The notes under the pieces: model-generated
The model's input: the letters and a program-made list of their open reading frames with translations, nothing else
What the model was told of the DNA's origin: nothing
Databases searched by the model: none
Program-made: the position numbers and the translations under genes
DNA from: Tetramitus jugosus
Lineage: Eukaryota; Protista; Heterolobosea
Reading direction: 5' to 3'
NCBI GenBank assembly: GCA_937625935.1
Contig: OW569361.1
Location: 186,001 to 250,000, forward strand
Length of the DNA stretch: 64,000 bases
Part shown: positions 11,702 through 22,220 of the stretch, piece by piece
How the letters are laid out: each line of letters begins with the position of its first letter
Numbering within the stretch: the first letter of the stretch is position 1

Positions 11702-11906
11702 GGGAAAATACAATTATGCTAGCCATGGAGCCGCGAGTTCCTGGAGTGGGATGCCAGGACAGACCCGGTAGTTTGTGCGTGAGGATCTTCTTGAAAAATC
11801 AACCAATCGATTGGTTCAAGAAGAACATTACGCCACACTACCGGGTCTGTCCTGGGCATCCCACTCCAGGAACTCGCGGCTGGTGGCTAGCATGATTGTG
11901 TTTCCC
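11702..11906. repeat. ~205-nt fold-back hairpin (candidate structured/small-RNA precursor), copy B
   Basis: 11729-11755 pairs perfectly with 11855-11881 (27 bp); 11756-11772 pairs with 11837-11853 (17 bp, one bulged G); basal arm GGGAAAATACAATTATGCTAGCCA / TGGCTAGCATGATTGTGTTTCCC has U-G wobbles on the + strand; apical palindrome AACCAATCGATTGGTT. Confidence 0.92.
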
Positions 11907-12064
11907 AACCAAACAAGTGCTCCCATTGCCCACCAGCATGTCCCTCGCTAAAATCCATGCAAAAGCTTTTTTGTAAATAGTTTACTGGCTCAATACCCAT
12001 CTTTTTTTGATCACCGCTTATTTTGAAAGCACCGAAATCAAATCAAACACGAACAATTACAACA

Positions 12065-13570
12065 ATGACAACAATGCTTCTCGCTCATCTCTCCTCTGTT
12101 GCCATTCCACACATTTTCGTCATTTTGTTCTCTCTCGGTTTCTGTGCCTCACTGTGTTTCTCACACTCGGCTCCCACACCCAAAGCCGATCGGCGAATTA
12201 TTCAAGTAACAGTTTTATCCCGACACTGTGACAGGACTCCCGCACATGAGACGGGAGGAATTCCAAAGAATCCAGTCAACTGGAAGAAACAACTTGGAGT
12301 TGATATAGGACAGCTAACTGGACTCGGTGAACACCAGTGCTATGAAATGGGAAAGGACTTGAAGAGTCGTTACTTGAATTCGTCTTCGCCATTCGCGATC
12401 CAAGGAATCAACCCTGGTGATGCAGTTCATTTGAACGGAATAACCTTGTATGATCCGAACATTTTTCAATTCCATGCCTCCAATGTAGATAGAACCATCG
12501 TTTCAATGTACTCCATCATCCAGGGTATGTTCCCAGAAGGTACAGGACTCATGGATGACTTGATTCAACAGTATGCGCTGCCTCATGGGATAGCGGTGGC
12601 ACCCGTGCACACTGTTCCCAACGGAGATGATATTTACCTCAGAGCCATTCACAACTGTGGTGTGATTGATAAGAGAGTAAAAGAGTTGCCAACGACCGAC
12701 ACATGGAAAGCTCTGAACAAGAAATGGATTCCATTTGTTCAGAGTCTGAATGAGCCAACAGGTCTCAACATGACCAATATCGATGAGTTTCATGCAGCTT
12801 ATGATGTATTGAACTGCCAAAGAAGCCATAACTTACTTCACATTAAAGAAGTGTTGGATCAATGGGACACAGTCCTACAGCTGGCCTCCGAAATTCAATT
12901 CATGAGGCATTCACGAGAATTGCAGAGCAATTTAGGTGGAGGTCCATTCATTGACAAGGTGCACGAGCAAATGAAGAGTGCAATAGATGCACAAAAAGAT
13001 GACAAGAAACAACAAGCAACAGAAACAGCAGTTCCCAAGTATGTGCACTACTCGGCACATGACACCACCATTCAATCCATATTCTCAACATTGAACATGT
13101 CTGACAACTACAAGGCATTGCAGCTGGGTCCCAAGTATGGAGCACAGATCGTATTTGAGCTTTCTCAGCAAGGAGATGAATACTTTGTAACGTTTTTATA
13201 TAGAGATGTATTCAATGGAGAGTTTCGTGCCTATAAACTCCCAAAGTATTGCACCTCTGATGCATGTACATGGAATGAATTTACAAGATATATTACAGAG
13301 GTGAGCACAGTTCCAATTGATAGTTGGTGTCACAGATGCAACAGCAATCGAAAAGTAGGAACATGCGCACTGATTGTTGTACAGGAGCCTCAGCATCATC
13401 GCACAGCATTGATCATTACTGTTGCGCTACTTGTTATGACTCTCTTAATTGTTACACCAGTGACTTGCGTACTCGCAACTCGTCGTTGCACACTCGCTAG
13501 AAAAGATACAAGCAACATTAGTGAACGAAATTCACTTCTTGCTGTCAATGATCGATACCGTAGACACTGA
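12065..13570 (+). CDS. Histidine acid phosphatase (lysosomal/prostatic type), signal peptide plus C-terminal TM
   Basis: RHCDRTP (RHGxRxP variant), GQLTGLG, SNVDRT and YSAHDTTI catalytic motifs; hydrophobic N-terminus and a TM near the C-terminus. Start codon approximate. Confidence 0.92.
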   Translation: MTTMLLAHLSSVAIPHIFVILFSLGFCASLCFSHSAPTPKADRRIIQVTVLSRHCDRTPAHETGGIPKNPVNWKKQLGVDIGQLTGLGEHQCYEMGKDLKSRYLNSSSPFAIQGINPGDAVHLNGITLYDPNIFQFHASNVDRTIVSMYSIIQGMFPEGTGLMDDLIQQYALPHGIAVAPVHTVPNGDDIYLRAIHNCGVIDKRVKELPTTDTWKALNKKWIPFVQSLNEPTGLNMTNIDEFHAAYDVLNCQRSHNLLHIKEVLDQWDTVLQLASEIQFMRHSRELQSNLGGGPFIDKVHEQMKSAIDAQKDDKKQQATETAVPKYVHYSAHDTTIQSIFSTLNMSDNYKALQLGPKYGAQIVFELSQQGDEYFVTFLYRDVFNGEFRAYKLPKYCTSDACTWNEFTRYITEVSTVPIDSWCHRCNSNRKVGTCALIVVQEPQHHRTALIITVALLVMTLLIVTPVTCVLATRRCTLARKDTSNISERNSLLAVNDRYRRH

Positions 13571-14642
13571 GCAATGGAACAGGCAAATCAGGCAACTCCA
13601 TTTGATCTCGCAACCCATCACCATAATCGTCAATCACCTCCACAATGGAGAAATCGTCAGTGATATCAATGCAAATGGGTTTCCGAATCTCAATTGCCAT
13701 CCAATCACTTTCCTTGTAGAAGCACTTGTGTCTTTCGTGCTTGGACTTGTCCTCATCCAAAATCACATGATACATTGTAAAGTCACAAGCCTCTGTTGTT
13801 TGGAATTTTTCATTGCCCCAAGTTTGATAATAATTGTACACTTGAACCATTGCTTCAATCACAGTACACACGGTAATCACGTGGCCCATTCCAGCCGCCA
13901 AACCAAAAGCAATCTTTCCGAGTGGCACATTGAGCAATAGGCGCGATAGAACACTGTCGCTTCCAACTGCCAATCCTAGTCTCCGCGCAATCACACTGCT
14001 CATTTGTGATGTGATACGACCTAGACTATTCACAGCATAGGGCAACCACGGGAACATGACAATCATTCTTGGATGAAACATGTAGGCAACATATTGTTGC
14101 GATTCCTTGAAAGCCTTGACCAATTTCATTACAATGGACAAATCGTGTCTCAAATGACTCACAAACAGAGTCGACGGCGTCAAATTGATATTACGGCGGA
14201 ACATGATTGTATGATGAATGTTTTTCATCGTTAGTCCACTACCGACAATCAACACGTGATCATCATTGTCAAAAATCGGGTGATAGCACTGTATCACTTG
14301 AGCCAAATGATTCAATTCGTACAAGAGTAGATTCGCACTGGGCATTTCCATCCAAGAATCGTCTTCTTTTTTGCTGTCATCTCCAATCGTCTTCTTCTCA
14401 TCAAATGAACTTTTACAACTTTTGTTACAACTCCTTGACAATTCAAGTAAGGAGTCCGTTATGAAGGAGAGGTTCTGCATGGGTATTAGATCCTCGCTAA
14501 TGAATGGTAATCGATCACTCGAAGTTGTCGTCATTGCATTTTCAAGTTTTTGTAATGTCGCTTGGTCAACCGAGGAATACCTTGACTTGTCAAAATAATC
14601 CTCGTGAAGTAACACGGAATATCCCTTGAGAGAGAGAAACAT
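13545..14642 (-). CDS. Hypothetical protein (365 aa)
   Basis: Long ATG-initiated ORF with protein-like composition; no motif recognised; its 3' end overlaps the phosphatase gene by 26 nt. Confidence 0.7.
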   Translation of the reverse strand: MFLSLKGYSVLLHEDYFDKSRYSSVDQATLQKLENAMTTTSSDRLPFISEDLIPMQNLSFITDSLLELSRSCNKSCKSSFDEKKTIGDDSKKEDDSWMEMPSANLLLYELNHLAQVIQCYHPIFDNDDHVLIVGSGLTMKNIHHTIMFRRNINLTPSTLFVSHLRHDLSIVMKLVKAFKESQQYVAYMFHPRMIVMFPWLPYAVNSLGRITSQMSSVIARRLGLAVGSDSVLSRLLLNVPLGKIAFGLAAGMGHVITVCTVIEAMVQVYNYYQTWGNEKFQTTEACDFTMYHVILDEDKSKHERHKCFYKESDWMAIEIRKPICIDITDDFSIVEVIDDYGDGLRDQMELPDLPVPLLSVYGIDH

Positions 14643-14852
14643 TTATTCAGTTTCAATTTGAAGTCTGCTTGTTTTCTTGTTGCTTATCCCCACTCTATAA
14701 AGCAATGTTCGGTTGTCGTGTGTTGTTGTTTTGTTTTCGTTATCGCTTTCCTGGTTCATTTAATTCTTCCACGAGCCGGATTTTCTTCAGATTAAAAATA
14801 AATTGGTTGCTGTAGGAAAATAACTCGACGGAAGAATTTTAGACCGCGAAAA

Positions 14853-15386
14853 ATGTCACAAACGGTCAACATGTTGACGGCTGATTCTTTGCCTGCAGAC
14901 ACGGATGTGAAGGTAGTACTGCCAGAGGCTGTTGAGGCAGTGTCAAGCAAGAACATTCTGTACACTGTTGGAGGATTCGCTCTTCGGTCCCTGGTCATGC
15001 GCAATCTGACTCTTATTGGCTCGGTGGTTGCCGCTCCTTTTGGCGCCTTTGCCGGTTTGATCACTACAGGAAAAATATTGAAGCGATTGGACGGTCACAC
15101 AAGTTCAAGCTCGAAGGATCATGTGAGCTCTGATAAAGATGACGGTTCGAGGCCAAAGGGGTGGAAGAGTTTCGGTTTGAGACTGTTGCGTGCTGGGGCG
15201 CTCGTTATGGGAACAGGCTTGGGGTTAGGTGCTGGTATCTTTGCTGGAGGAGTCATTGGCTCGTGGGTCAGTATAGGCATTCGTGTTGTAAAGTTGGTGA
15301 CCAATGGCATGAAAGCTTTCATGTTTGTCAAGGACAAGCTTGGCTCCTCAAGTACAACGATTCAGTCCAATAACACGATACAATGA
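14853..15386 (+). CDS. Small Gly-rich membrane protein (177 aa)
   Basis: Two hydrophobic Gly-zipper-like segments (LIGSVVAAPFGAFAGLI; GTGLGLGAGIFAGGVIGSW). Confidence 0.7.
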   Translation: MSQTVNMLTADSLPADTDVKVVLPEAVEAVSSKNILYTVGGFALRSLVMRNLTLIGSVVAAPFGAFAGLITTGKILKRLDGHTSSSSKDHVSSDKDDGSRPKGWKSFGLRLLRAGALVMGTGLGLGAGIFAGGVIGSWVSIGIRVVKLVTNGMKAFMFVKDKLGSSSTTIQSNNTIQ

Positions 15387-15442
15387 GTTTCGGTTTGAAA
15401 CTGTTGCGTGAAGAACACATGCTTCGACTCCATCCAATAAAC

Positions 15443-16852
15443 CTATACAATGAGTTCAATTTTATTGCATGGTATATTTGAAAATGAACTAGCCTTTGAT
15501 TTCTCCACAACCAAGCACTCTAATGTATTCTTCAAATGATCAATCTGTTTGCCAGTGATCGTTGTTTGAAACAAGTTCAAATACTTGAGCTTGGAGAATG
15601 TTGACAAGCACTTTCCTTCCAATATAAAATTATGAGACACAATCAACTTTTTGAGATGAGTGCTCAACGGAGCCAATGTCTCTCCAGTCGAATGATAACA
15701 GTGCGACATGTTCAAATACAGCAAGTGCTTCAAGTGCACAAACGAATCACCTGTTACCTGAGGACAATACGAACAATCCAATGACCGCAACTCTGTAAAG
15801 TTCATCAACGACAAATCTGTTACTTGTGTCGACTCTGACATGTACAAGTACTTTAATCGTTTCAAGTGCATCAAATCCTGATCCATAATCCTTCGATTGC
15901 CACTCATGTTCAACCACTCCAATTCGTGCATTCGAACAAGTGCACGCCCCGTAATTCCCCTACATTGAGCTATATTCAACACTCGTAAATGGATCAGTGG
16001 AGCAATGTCATTGTCTTCGACTTGATAACAACCGCTAATGTTGAGCGCAGTCAACGTGTTGGTCAACATGAGATTGTGGTTGCCCCGTTGAAAGAACAAT
16101 TCACTTGAGAATGTGTTGTTGCAGTGAGAGAGATCAAGACACACTGCACCATCACCACACCCAACAATCACATCACTAGCACTAGCACTACTCGTAGAAT
16201 CATCACTCTTGTTATCACTATACCTACTACTATTCTTGTTTTCAACTTGTTGCTTGGTTGATATAGCAGCAGCAGCAGTCGTGTTGTTGTTGTTGTTGTC
16301 ATGATGACGGTACAAAATATGATTCAACACAATATTCAACACATTTTTAATATCTTGTTCCCTCTTATTAAAACTACTCTTTTCATCACTATTACTATCA
16401 CTATTATTATTATTATTACTATTGTGAATATTAAAAATGTTGGAATTGTAAAATGTGGCAACTGGATGTTCAAGCATGGATATACACTGGTTCATCATTA
16501 TTGTGACACTCTCATTCTTTGCGTTTAATGATAAAAGATGACGCAAAAAAGTGACGAGTAAAAATCGATCGTTCAATGGTGATCCAAACCGAATCATGTC
16601 ATGTTTACATGTGCACCTCAGTGAGTTGATTGTTTTTCTGAGCATGTGAATACTCATGAATGAGAGAATGTGTTGCCAAATGGTGCATGGTATGATGTGA
16701 ATGCTTGTTGTTGATGATGATGATGATGATGATGATGATGTGTGGCGAGATGACGATTTGATTTTTTTGGATTTGGGTGGTGGTGTCGTGTTATGGCTAC
16801 TGGATAGCACTGGTGATGATGATTTGCTGTTTGGACTGATCCTCCGCTTCAT
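15443..16852 (-). CDS. F-box/leucine-rich-repeat protein
   Basis: Probable start MKRRISP at 16852; F-box-like IPCTIWQHILSFM...LRCTCK; repeated LxxLxxLNxSxCxxVT LRR units. Confidence 0.85.
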   Translation of the reverse strand: MKRRISPNSKSSSPVLSSSHNTTPPPKSKKIKSSSRHTSSSSSSSSSTTSIHIIPCTIWQHILSFMSIHMLRKTINSLRCTCKHDMIRFGSPLNDRFLLVTFLRHLLSLNAKNESVTIMMNQCISMLEHPVATFYNSNIFNIHNSNNNNNSDSNSDEKSSFNKREQDIKNVLNIVLNHILYRHHDNNNNNTTAAAAISTKQQVENKNSSRYSDNKSDDSTSSASASDVIVGCGDGAVCLDLSHCNNTFSSELFFQRGNHNLMLTNTLTALNISGCYQVEDNDIAPLIHLRVLNIAQCRGITGRALVRMHELEWLNMSGNRRIMDQDLMHLKRLKYLYMSESTQVTDLSLMNFTELRSLDCSYCPQVTGDSFVHLKHLLYLNMSHCYHSTGETLAPLSTHLKKLIVSHNFILEGKCLSTFSKLKYLNLFQTTITGKQIDHLKNTLECLVVEKSKASSFSNIPCNKIELIV

Positions 16853-16934
16853 TTTTTTGTTCGTTTGTTTTTTTTGGCGGGGGAAAAAGAGCGGTAAATG
16901 AGGCAATACAAAAAGGCGGATGGTGGTGTTGTGT

Positions 16935-19900
16935 TTATTCGTCATCGAGGGAGGACATGCGAAGAGAACGGAGAGACCAAGAGTCGAACTCTGAATCGTT
17001 TTCAGTGACAAATGGAGTGTCGATTGAGTTAATCATAATGTCTCCACAGTAAGGACACTCACTAGAGATGAGATCGTCCAACTCTTTCATGTCGTCCTTG
17101 GCAGCAGTTGCTGAACTCATGACTGGATTGCTCAATTGATCAATATCAGATGCTTGGTTAGCGGATGACATTGAGCTAAGTTGTCCAGACTCAATGAGCT
17201 TCTTTCTCTTTGCATTCAGTTTGACAATCTTTTCGGCCTTGGTTGCACTCACGTGCTTCAAGATCTCTTCAATGAGACAATCCATGTGGAGCATGTGCTG
17301 GCAAGGGAACAAATAAAAGTCCTTGGCCAGGACACTCTTGGCGCAGTTTGTGGCATCACACTTGGCGTTTGCAGTGATATATCCATATCTATGCTTCAAC
17401 TCCTTGATATCTTCACGAATTAGATTTGCATTCTGTGTGGCATCTTGCATTTCATTCTTCAAACTTTCGATGTCATTCTTGTACTCCTCCAGAGACTTGC
17501 AAATCTCCTCTTTAAAGTCATCAATCAACACAAAATCGGGGAAGAAAGGCAATATGTCCTCAAGTTTGATTTTGTCAGTAAAGCTCAGGAATTCAATGGC
17601 ATTCTTCACATTTTGTTCCTTCTCGATGACATGCTTGGCTATCCGGAGCCACAACTTCTTTTTCGAATCATCATCTTCTGGCTTATCGGCACACTCCCTG
17701 GCAAGTTTGATCTCTCCCATACTCAGAGCGAGGTCGACTGCATCTTCATAAAGTCCCATTGAACCATACAGCCTAACACAAGCTTCTGTCTTTCCCTTTT
17801 CTGTACAAATTCGCAATGCATACTTTGGATCGTAAAAATTAAACTCGCCTTCAGTGTTTAAGAATAGAAGCAATTTAGAGTCGTCATCCAAGTTTGCATA
17901 CAAAGATAATAGCAAATTATGAATGGCAGGATCTTGGTTGTTCTGCTTCACACACCATTCCAAATATCGAATTACATGATTTTCGTCGCTATCTGTTCGG
18001 CTGATCGCAATATGTCTCATAAGAGCTGGGATCAATCGACCTGGATTCAGTCTTCGTTTTGTTAGAAGACTAACCATCTCCTTTGGTAAATGTTGCATGA
18101 GAACTGGAGCAAACTTGTAAAAGTATTCCTCGTATTGAGATTCATCTGGCTTGCAGAACTTGTTGAGAATCTTGAGAGCAGCGGCATAATCACCCTCATT
18201 AATGCAGTGACTAATCACACGCTCATAATCCTCAATCAACATCGCGTAATAGAGAGCTTCTTGTACTTGACCATGACTAGAAATCAAATTGAAAGTAGTT
18301 TCTCTATTCAGATGCTTCCTGTTTGATTCCAAAAATATTTTGAATTCGTTCTTCATTGCCTCACATTCAGTCTTTCTCAAATCTCCTTCGTCATATAGTT
18401 CATTAATCTTTGCCAAGTAGATTTCAGTCAACCATGTACAGAGACAACTTAATTGAGTTGCTTCATCGTTCTCCTTGGTTACCTTCGACAAAACTGACTT
18501 CAACTTGTTGAGTAAGAAGACACGAAGAGCATCTTGTTGATCCTTGGTACTGAAAGCAATTGCAACCTCCTCAAAACTCTTGGTAGTCTTTGCGTAAATG
18601 TTGGCAGCATTTCTGTACTGACCCATTCTAAAATAGTAATCAGCCTTGGCAGTCAACACAATATCTCTTGTCTTTGCGTCAGGTTTACACAATCTCAATG
18701 CAATATCAAAAAGTTCTTCCTTGGATGATTTTGGATCCAATGCTTGCGCCAAGTACAAGCGCCAAACATCTCTCTCCTCATTGTCAATCATCAACTTGTG
18801 AACAGAAGAGTTTGTATAAGCATAAATAGTTCCTGTTTGTTCGTCGACGGTCAATCCTAATAATTTTCCTCTATTTTGAGAGAAATGCTCTTGGTACACG
18901 ATTTTCAATTCGGATATTGGTACCTGTGCAATATCAGATGCATCAGGATCACTTACAGGGCTACACAATCCAGGAGGTTGCATGTAGATTTGAATCTTGT
19001 CAGGATGAGCCACAATGATATGGAACTCTGTGATAGCAATAGATACAACTGAAGACTTGCTATCAAATTGTATAATTTCAGATTCACGAATCGCACTGTC
19101 TCCAGGCTTTCTTCTATTGTACACTAAACTACCATGGAGCAACACAGACTTACTCAACCATGCGAAAGAATCGGCTGCACGATCCAACGAAGATCTAAAC
19201 AAGTGAAGCTCGCCACCAGATGATTCGGGTAACTCCTTATACGTCAAAATATTTCTGTTTTTGTACACGGCAAACAATTCTTCAAACGTTGGTCCACCAA
19301 CAAACTCGTAGCATCGGAACGGCGAAATAGCAAACACTAGAAAAGTGTCTGTTTGTTGACTTTTGCTCTTTGGAAAGTATTCGTATCGAAGTCCAGTAAT
19401 AGGTCCCGTTTTCACTAAAATATCGGAACAATCCTTCATATTAAACAACTGTTTTTTGAAGCGTTGTTATCAATGGATTTGTCCAAAAGGCAATAGTGTG
19501 AATAAAAAAGAAAACGGCAATTCAATCACACAAACATACACACAACGAAAACAACACTTACCAATTTCAAATACTTGACAGAGTCTTTTGTGTTCTCCAA
19601 CACTGTTTCAAAGATGCATGAATCTTTTGTACCCAACAGAATAACACCAGTTGATTCACTCTTCTTCTTATTGTGATTGTCCCAAGCTACACTCTTAATC
19701 ACCATATTCTATTTTAACAACAATATATGAAAATAATAACCACAAACATCACGCATATATGTTGTTAGCAAACATGCACAAATCCCATAAATATAGCAGT
19801 CATATAAACTCAGTAAATTGGTCAATTGATCGAATGAATACAAACATTAAACTGTCTCAATTTTTTCGGTTTCTTCATATTGACCGAATTAAAATAATAA

Positions 19901-20371
19901 TTTTCGCCATTTTCCATTGAAATCAACAAATGACAACCAGTTGGATCGACAAACGTGCCTTCAACCTTGGCACCAGTCTTCTCCAATGTCAAATACCTTG
20001 GTTGTTCCTGTGATAGATCCAACTGAGCAACATCTCCCATTTCAGTTGTGAAAAAGAGTGAATTTTGAGAGGCAACCACTTTGGTAAACCTTTGATCCAT
20101 ATCGAATTCAACATCTTCAAACATGAATTGTTCATCGTCTTGTTGATCTTCCATATCATCATCACCTAATCCTTCACTTTCATCTCCACTGTCATATGCC
20201 TACAATATGTATTTTGTTTGAGTTGTTTTCATCATCAAGAGAATGAGAAAAAAGCTTCACACATACGGTTTCACGCTCCTGGACAGTGTCTCTCGTGGTA
20301 GAGAATGTGGTTAGTTTGGTCTTTGAAAAGGCTGTATCCCAATCATCATTCAACAGATCATGCTCGTCCAT
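16935..20371 (-). CDS. VPS18: Vacuolar protein sorting 18 (HOPS/CORVET subunit); introns 20200-20266, 19709-19845, 19449-19561
   Basis: FVDPTGCHLLIS, IAITEFH, KSFEEVA, clathrin-like repeats, LPFFPDFVLIDDFKEEIC, and C-terminal RING-H2 (FYLFPCQHMLHMDC...ECPYCG). GT-AG introns keep the frame across ORFs 20192, 19822 and 16935. Confidence 0.95.
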
Positions 20372-20535
20372 TTTCAATGCTTCCAAATTGTTCTTTTGCT
20401 TTTTTTTCTCTATTTGTTTTGCTTCTCATTCGGAGAAAATTATCCCTTGTTGATTCCAACAACTTTGAGCAAATCTAAAGAAAAACAAGAAAGGAAGAAG
20501 AACAAACACACGAACGAACAAAAAGAGAGATAACA

Positions 20536-21117
20536 ATGCTACAACCACGAGTCCTACCCAAAATCATTCAACAAGCAAATACAGACGGTGTTAAATCCAC
20601 CTTGTTGCTCCACTCCAACGGCTCCCTTCTCTCATCCTATGGCAGCACAAAAGAAATGGATAAATTGATTGCTGCGATTGTGTCCAATGTTTGGAACTCG
20701 TATAGTAAAGCCGGACGTAACGCATTCAAGAATCAAGAAGCAATCAATCAGGCCAATCATTCTACACGAAATTTTGGTGATGATGCCTATGGTGGTGGTG
20801 ATGGTGATGGTGATGAAGATGATGACATGATGGACGATTATCATGAAGACAATGAATATCATGATGATGATGATCATCATGATGGTGATGATGAAGATTA
20901 TGAGAATCGAAACGACAGTAACAAGATTATTGAAAAATTGCAGTGTTTATTGTTGGATTGTGAGGCAGGAAGGCTTGCAATCACTGGTGTGTCATCCAAA
21001 GTGATACTTTGTCTCTGTGCTGAGAAGAAAGTAGAGTTTGGAATGTTGAGAGCAAAGGCAATGACTGTGCGAGAGTATTTGGCAGAGCCATTTGCACTGG
21101 TGGAGAGCAATGATTAG
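20536..21117 (+). CDS. LAMTOR2: Ragulator subunit LAMTOR2 (roadblock fold) with an Asp/His-rich insertion
   Basis: MLQPRVLPKIIQQANTDGVKSTLLLHSNGSLLSSYG, AAIVSNVW, LLDCEAGRLAIT, VEFGMLRAKA match LAMTOR2. Confidence 0.92.
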   Translation: MLQPRVLPKIIQQANTDGVKSTLLLHSNGSLLSSYGSTKEMDKLIAAIVSNVWNSYSKAGRNAFKNQEAINQANHSTRNFGDDAYGGGDGDGDEDDDMMDDYHEDNEYHDDDDHHDGDDEDYENRNDSNKIIEKLQCLLLDCEAGRLAITGVSSKVILCLCAEKKVEFGMLRAKAMTVREYLAEPFALVESND

Positions 21118-21344
21118 TAGATTGAAAAGAGTGAGAAATGGCCAAAAAAAATGATCGTTTCGGTTCTCTCTTGTGTGTGTGTACAGAGACGATTTAAATC
21201 ATGACAAAAACAAATAATATAGAATCATTTGTGTTTTCTTTCAATCTCTGTCACGCACACATTTTTCATCTCATGCACTGCTCTTTGCGTTTCTCGTCAA
21301 ATTCGATCGAGGAGTTTGTTGAGACAAGTCGTTTGCTTTTTGTG

Positions 21345-21632
21345 TTATTCTCTCTGTGTCGTTTCGATGGATGATGATGATGAAGATGAAAGAAGAGTAG
21401 TAGGAGAAGATTCGTTGTTGATATTGGAAGACTCGTTCGTTGAACAAGCTTGTTCTTCTTGCTGCTGTTGTTGTTGTTGTGAAGCTTCTTCTGCGGCTCT
21501 TTTCTCTGCATTTTCTCTTGCTTGCTTTTGTCTCTTGCGGATCATTGGAAGGAATTGATAGTAGGAACTGGCCATACCGAGAACGGCTGGGATCAGATAG
21601 ATCATGAACGGTCTCTTAAAAAGTGCTTGCAT
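21345..21632 (-). CDS. Small single-pass membrane protein (95 aa)
   Basis: N-terminal TM (FMIYLIPAVLGMASSYYQF) followed by a basic stretch and a Q/S-rich tail. Confidence 0.55.
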   Translation of the reverse strand: MQALFKRPFMIYLIPAVLGMASSYYQFLPMIRKRQKQARENAEKRAAEEASQQQQQQQEEQACSTNESSNINNESSPTTLLSSSSSSSIETTQRE

Positions 21633-22220
21633 GATGGTAATGAGAATTCTGTTTTGTTGTTGTTGTGTGAAACTGGGTCGAATGGATAATTATTCTACCG
21701 ATGACGGGAAAAAGAGAACTAGTTGGAGTATTATCAATCTCCGCCTATTTTGTAAAGACGCCTTCACACATCACATGTCAGATGAAAGTTTTTATTGGGA
21801 CAAAAAGCGTTACAACTCCAGTTTCTCCTCTGTGAGCTCTCATTTTCGAGATGCGAACGTCGAGAATCGGAGGATTCGCACAGCTTTTCTGTGGTCCACA
21901 ACTACTGTCTTCCTACCAATCACCGTCATCATCATCATCACAAATTCCCCTCCTGTCAAAAAAACACATACACACGGCAAACACTCCCAACACCACCACC
22001 ACCAGCAAACGTTTGCACTCTCACAACATAACAAAGTAGAAAGTCAAAAAAGCTTTTTCAATTTTTTGTCTCACAAAATAGTAAACAGTCACGCCACCAC
22101 CACATTAAAAAAACACCCTCACACAACAACAACAACAACAATAACGTCACTGACTGTCGACTCTCAACAAACAACAAATAATAAAAAAGCTACACATCAA
22201 AAAAAAACCCCACAGCAACA

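Noticed and set aside
16853-17011. Apparent overlap of the LRR ORF with VPS18 (likewise RRP36/pseudouridine synthase at 24537-24589)
   Set aside because: Artefact of longest-ORF start choice; downstream ATGs remove the overlaps.
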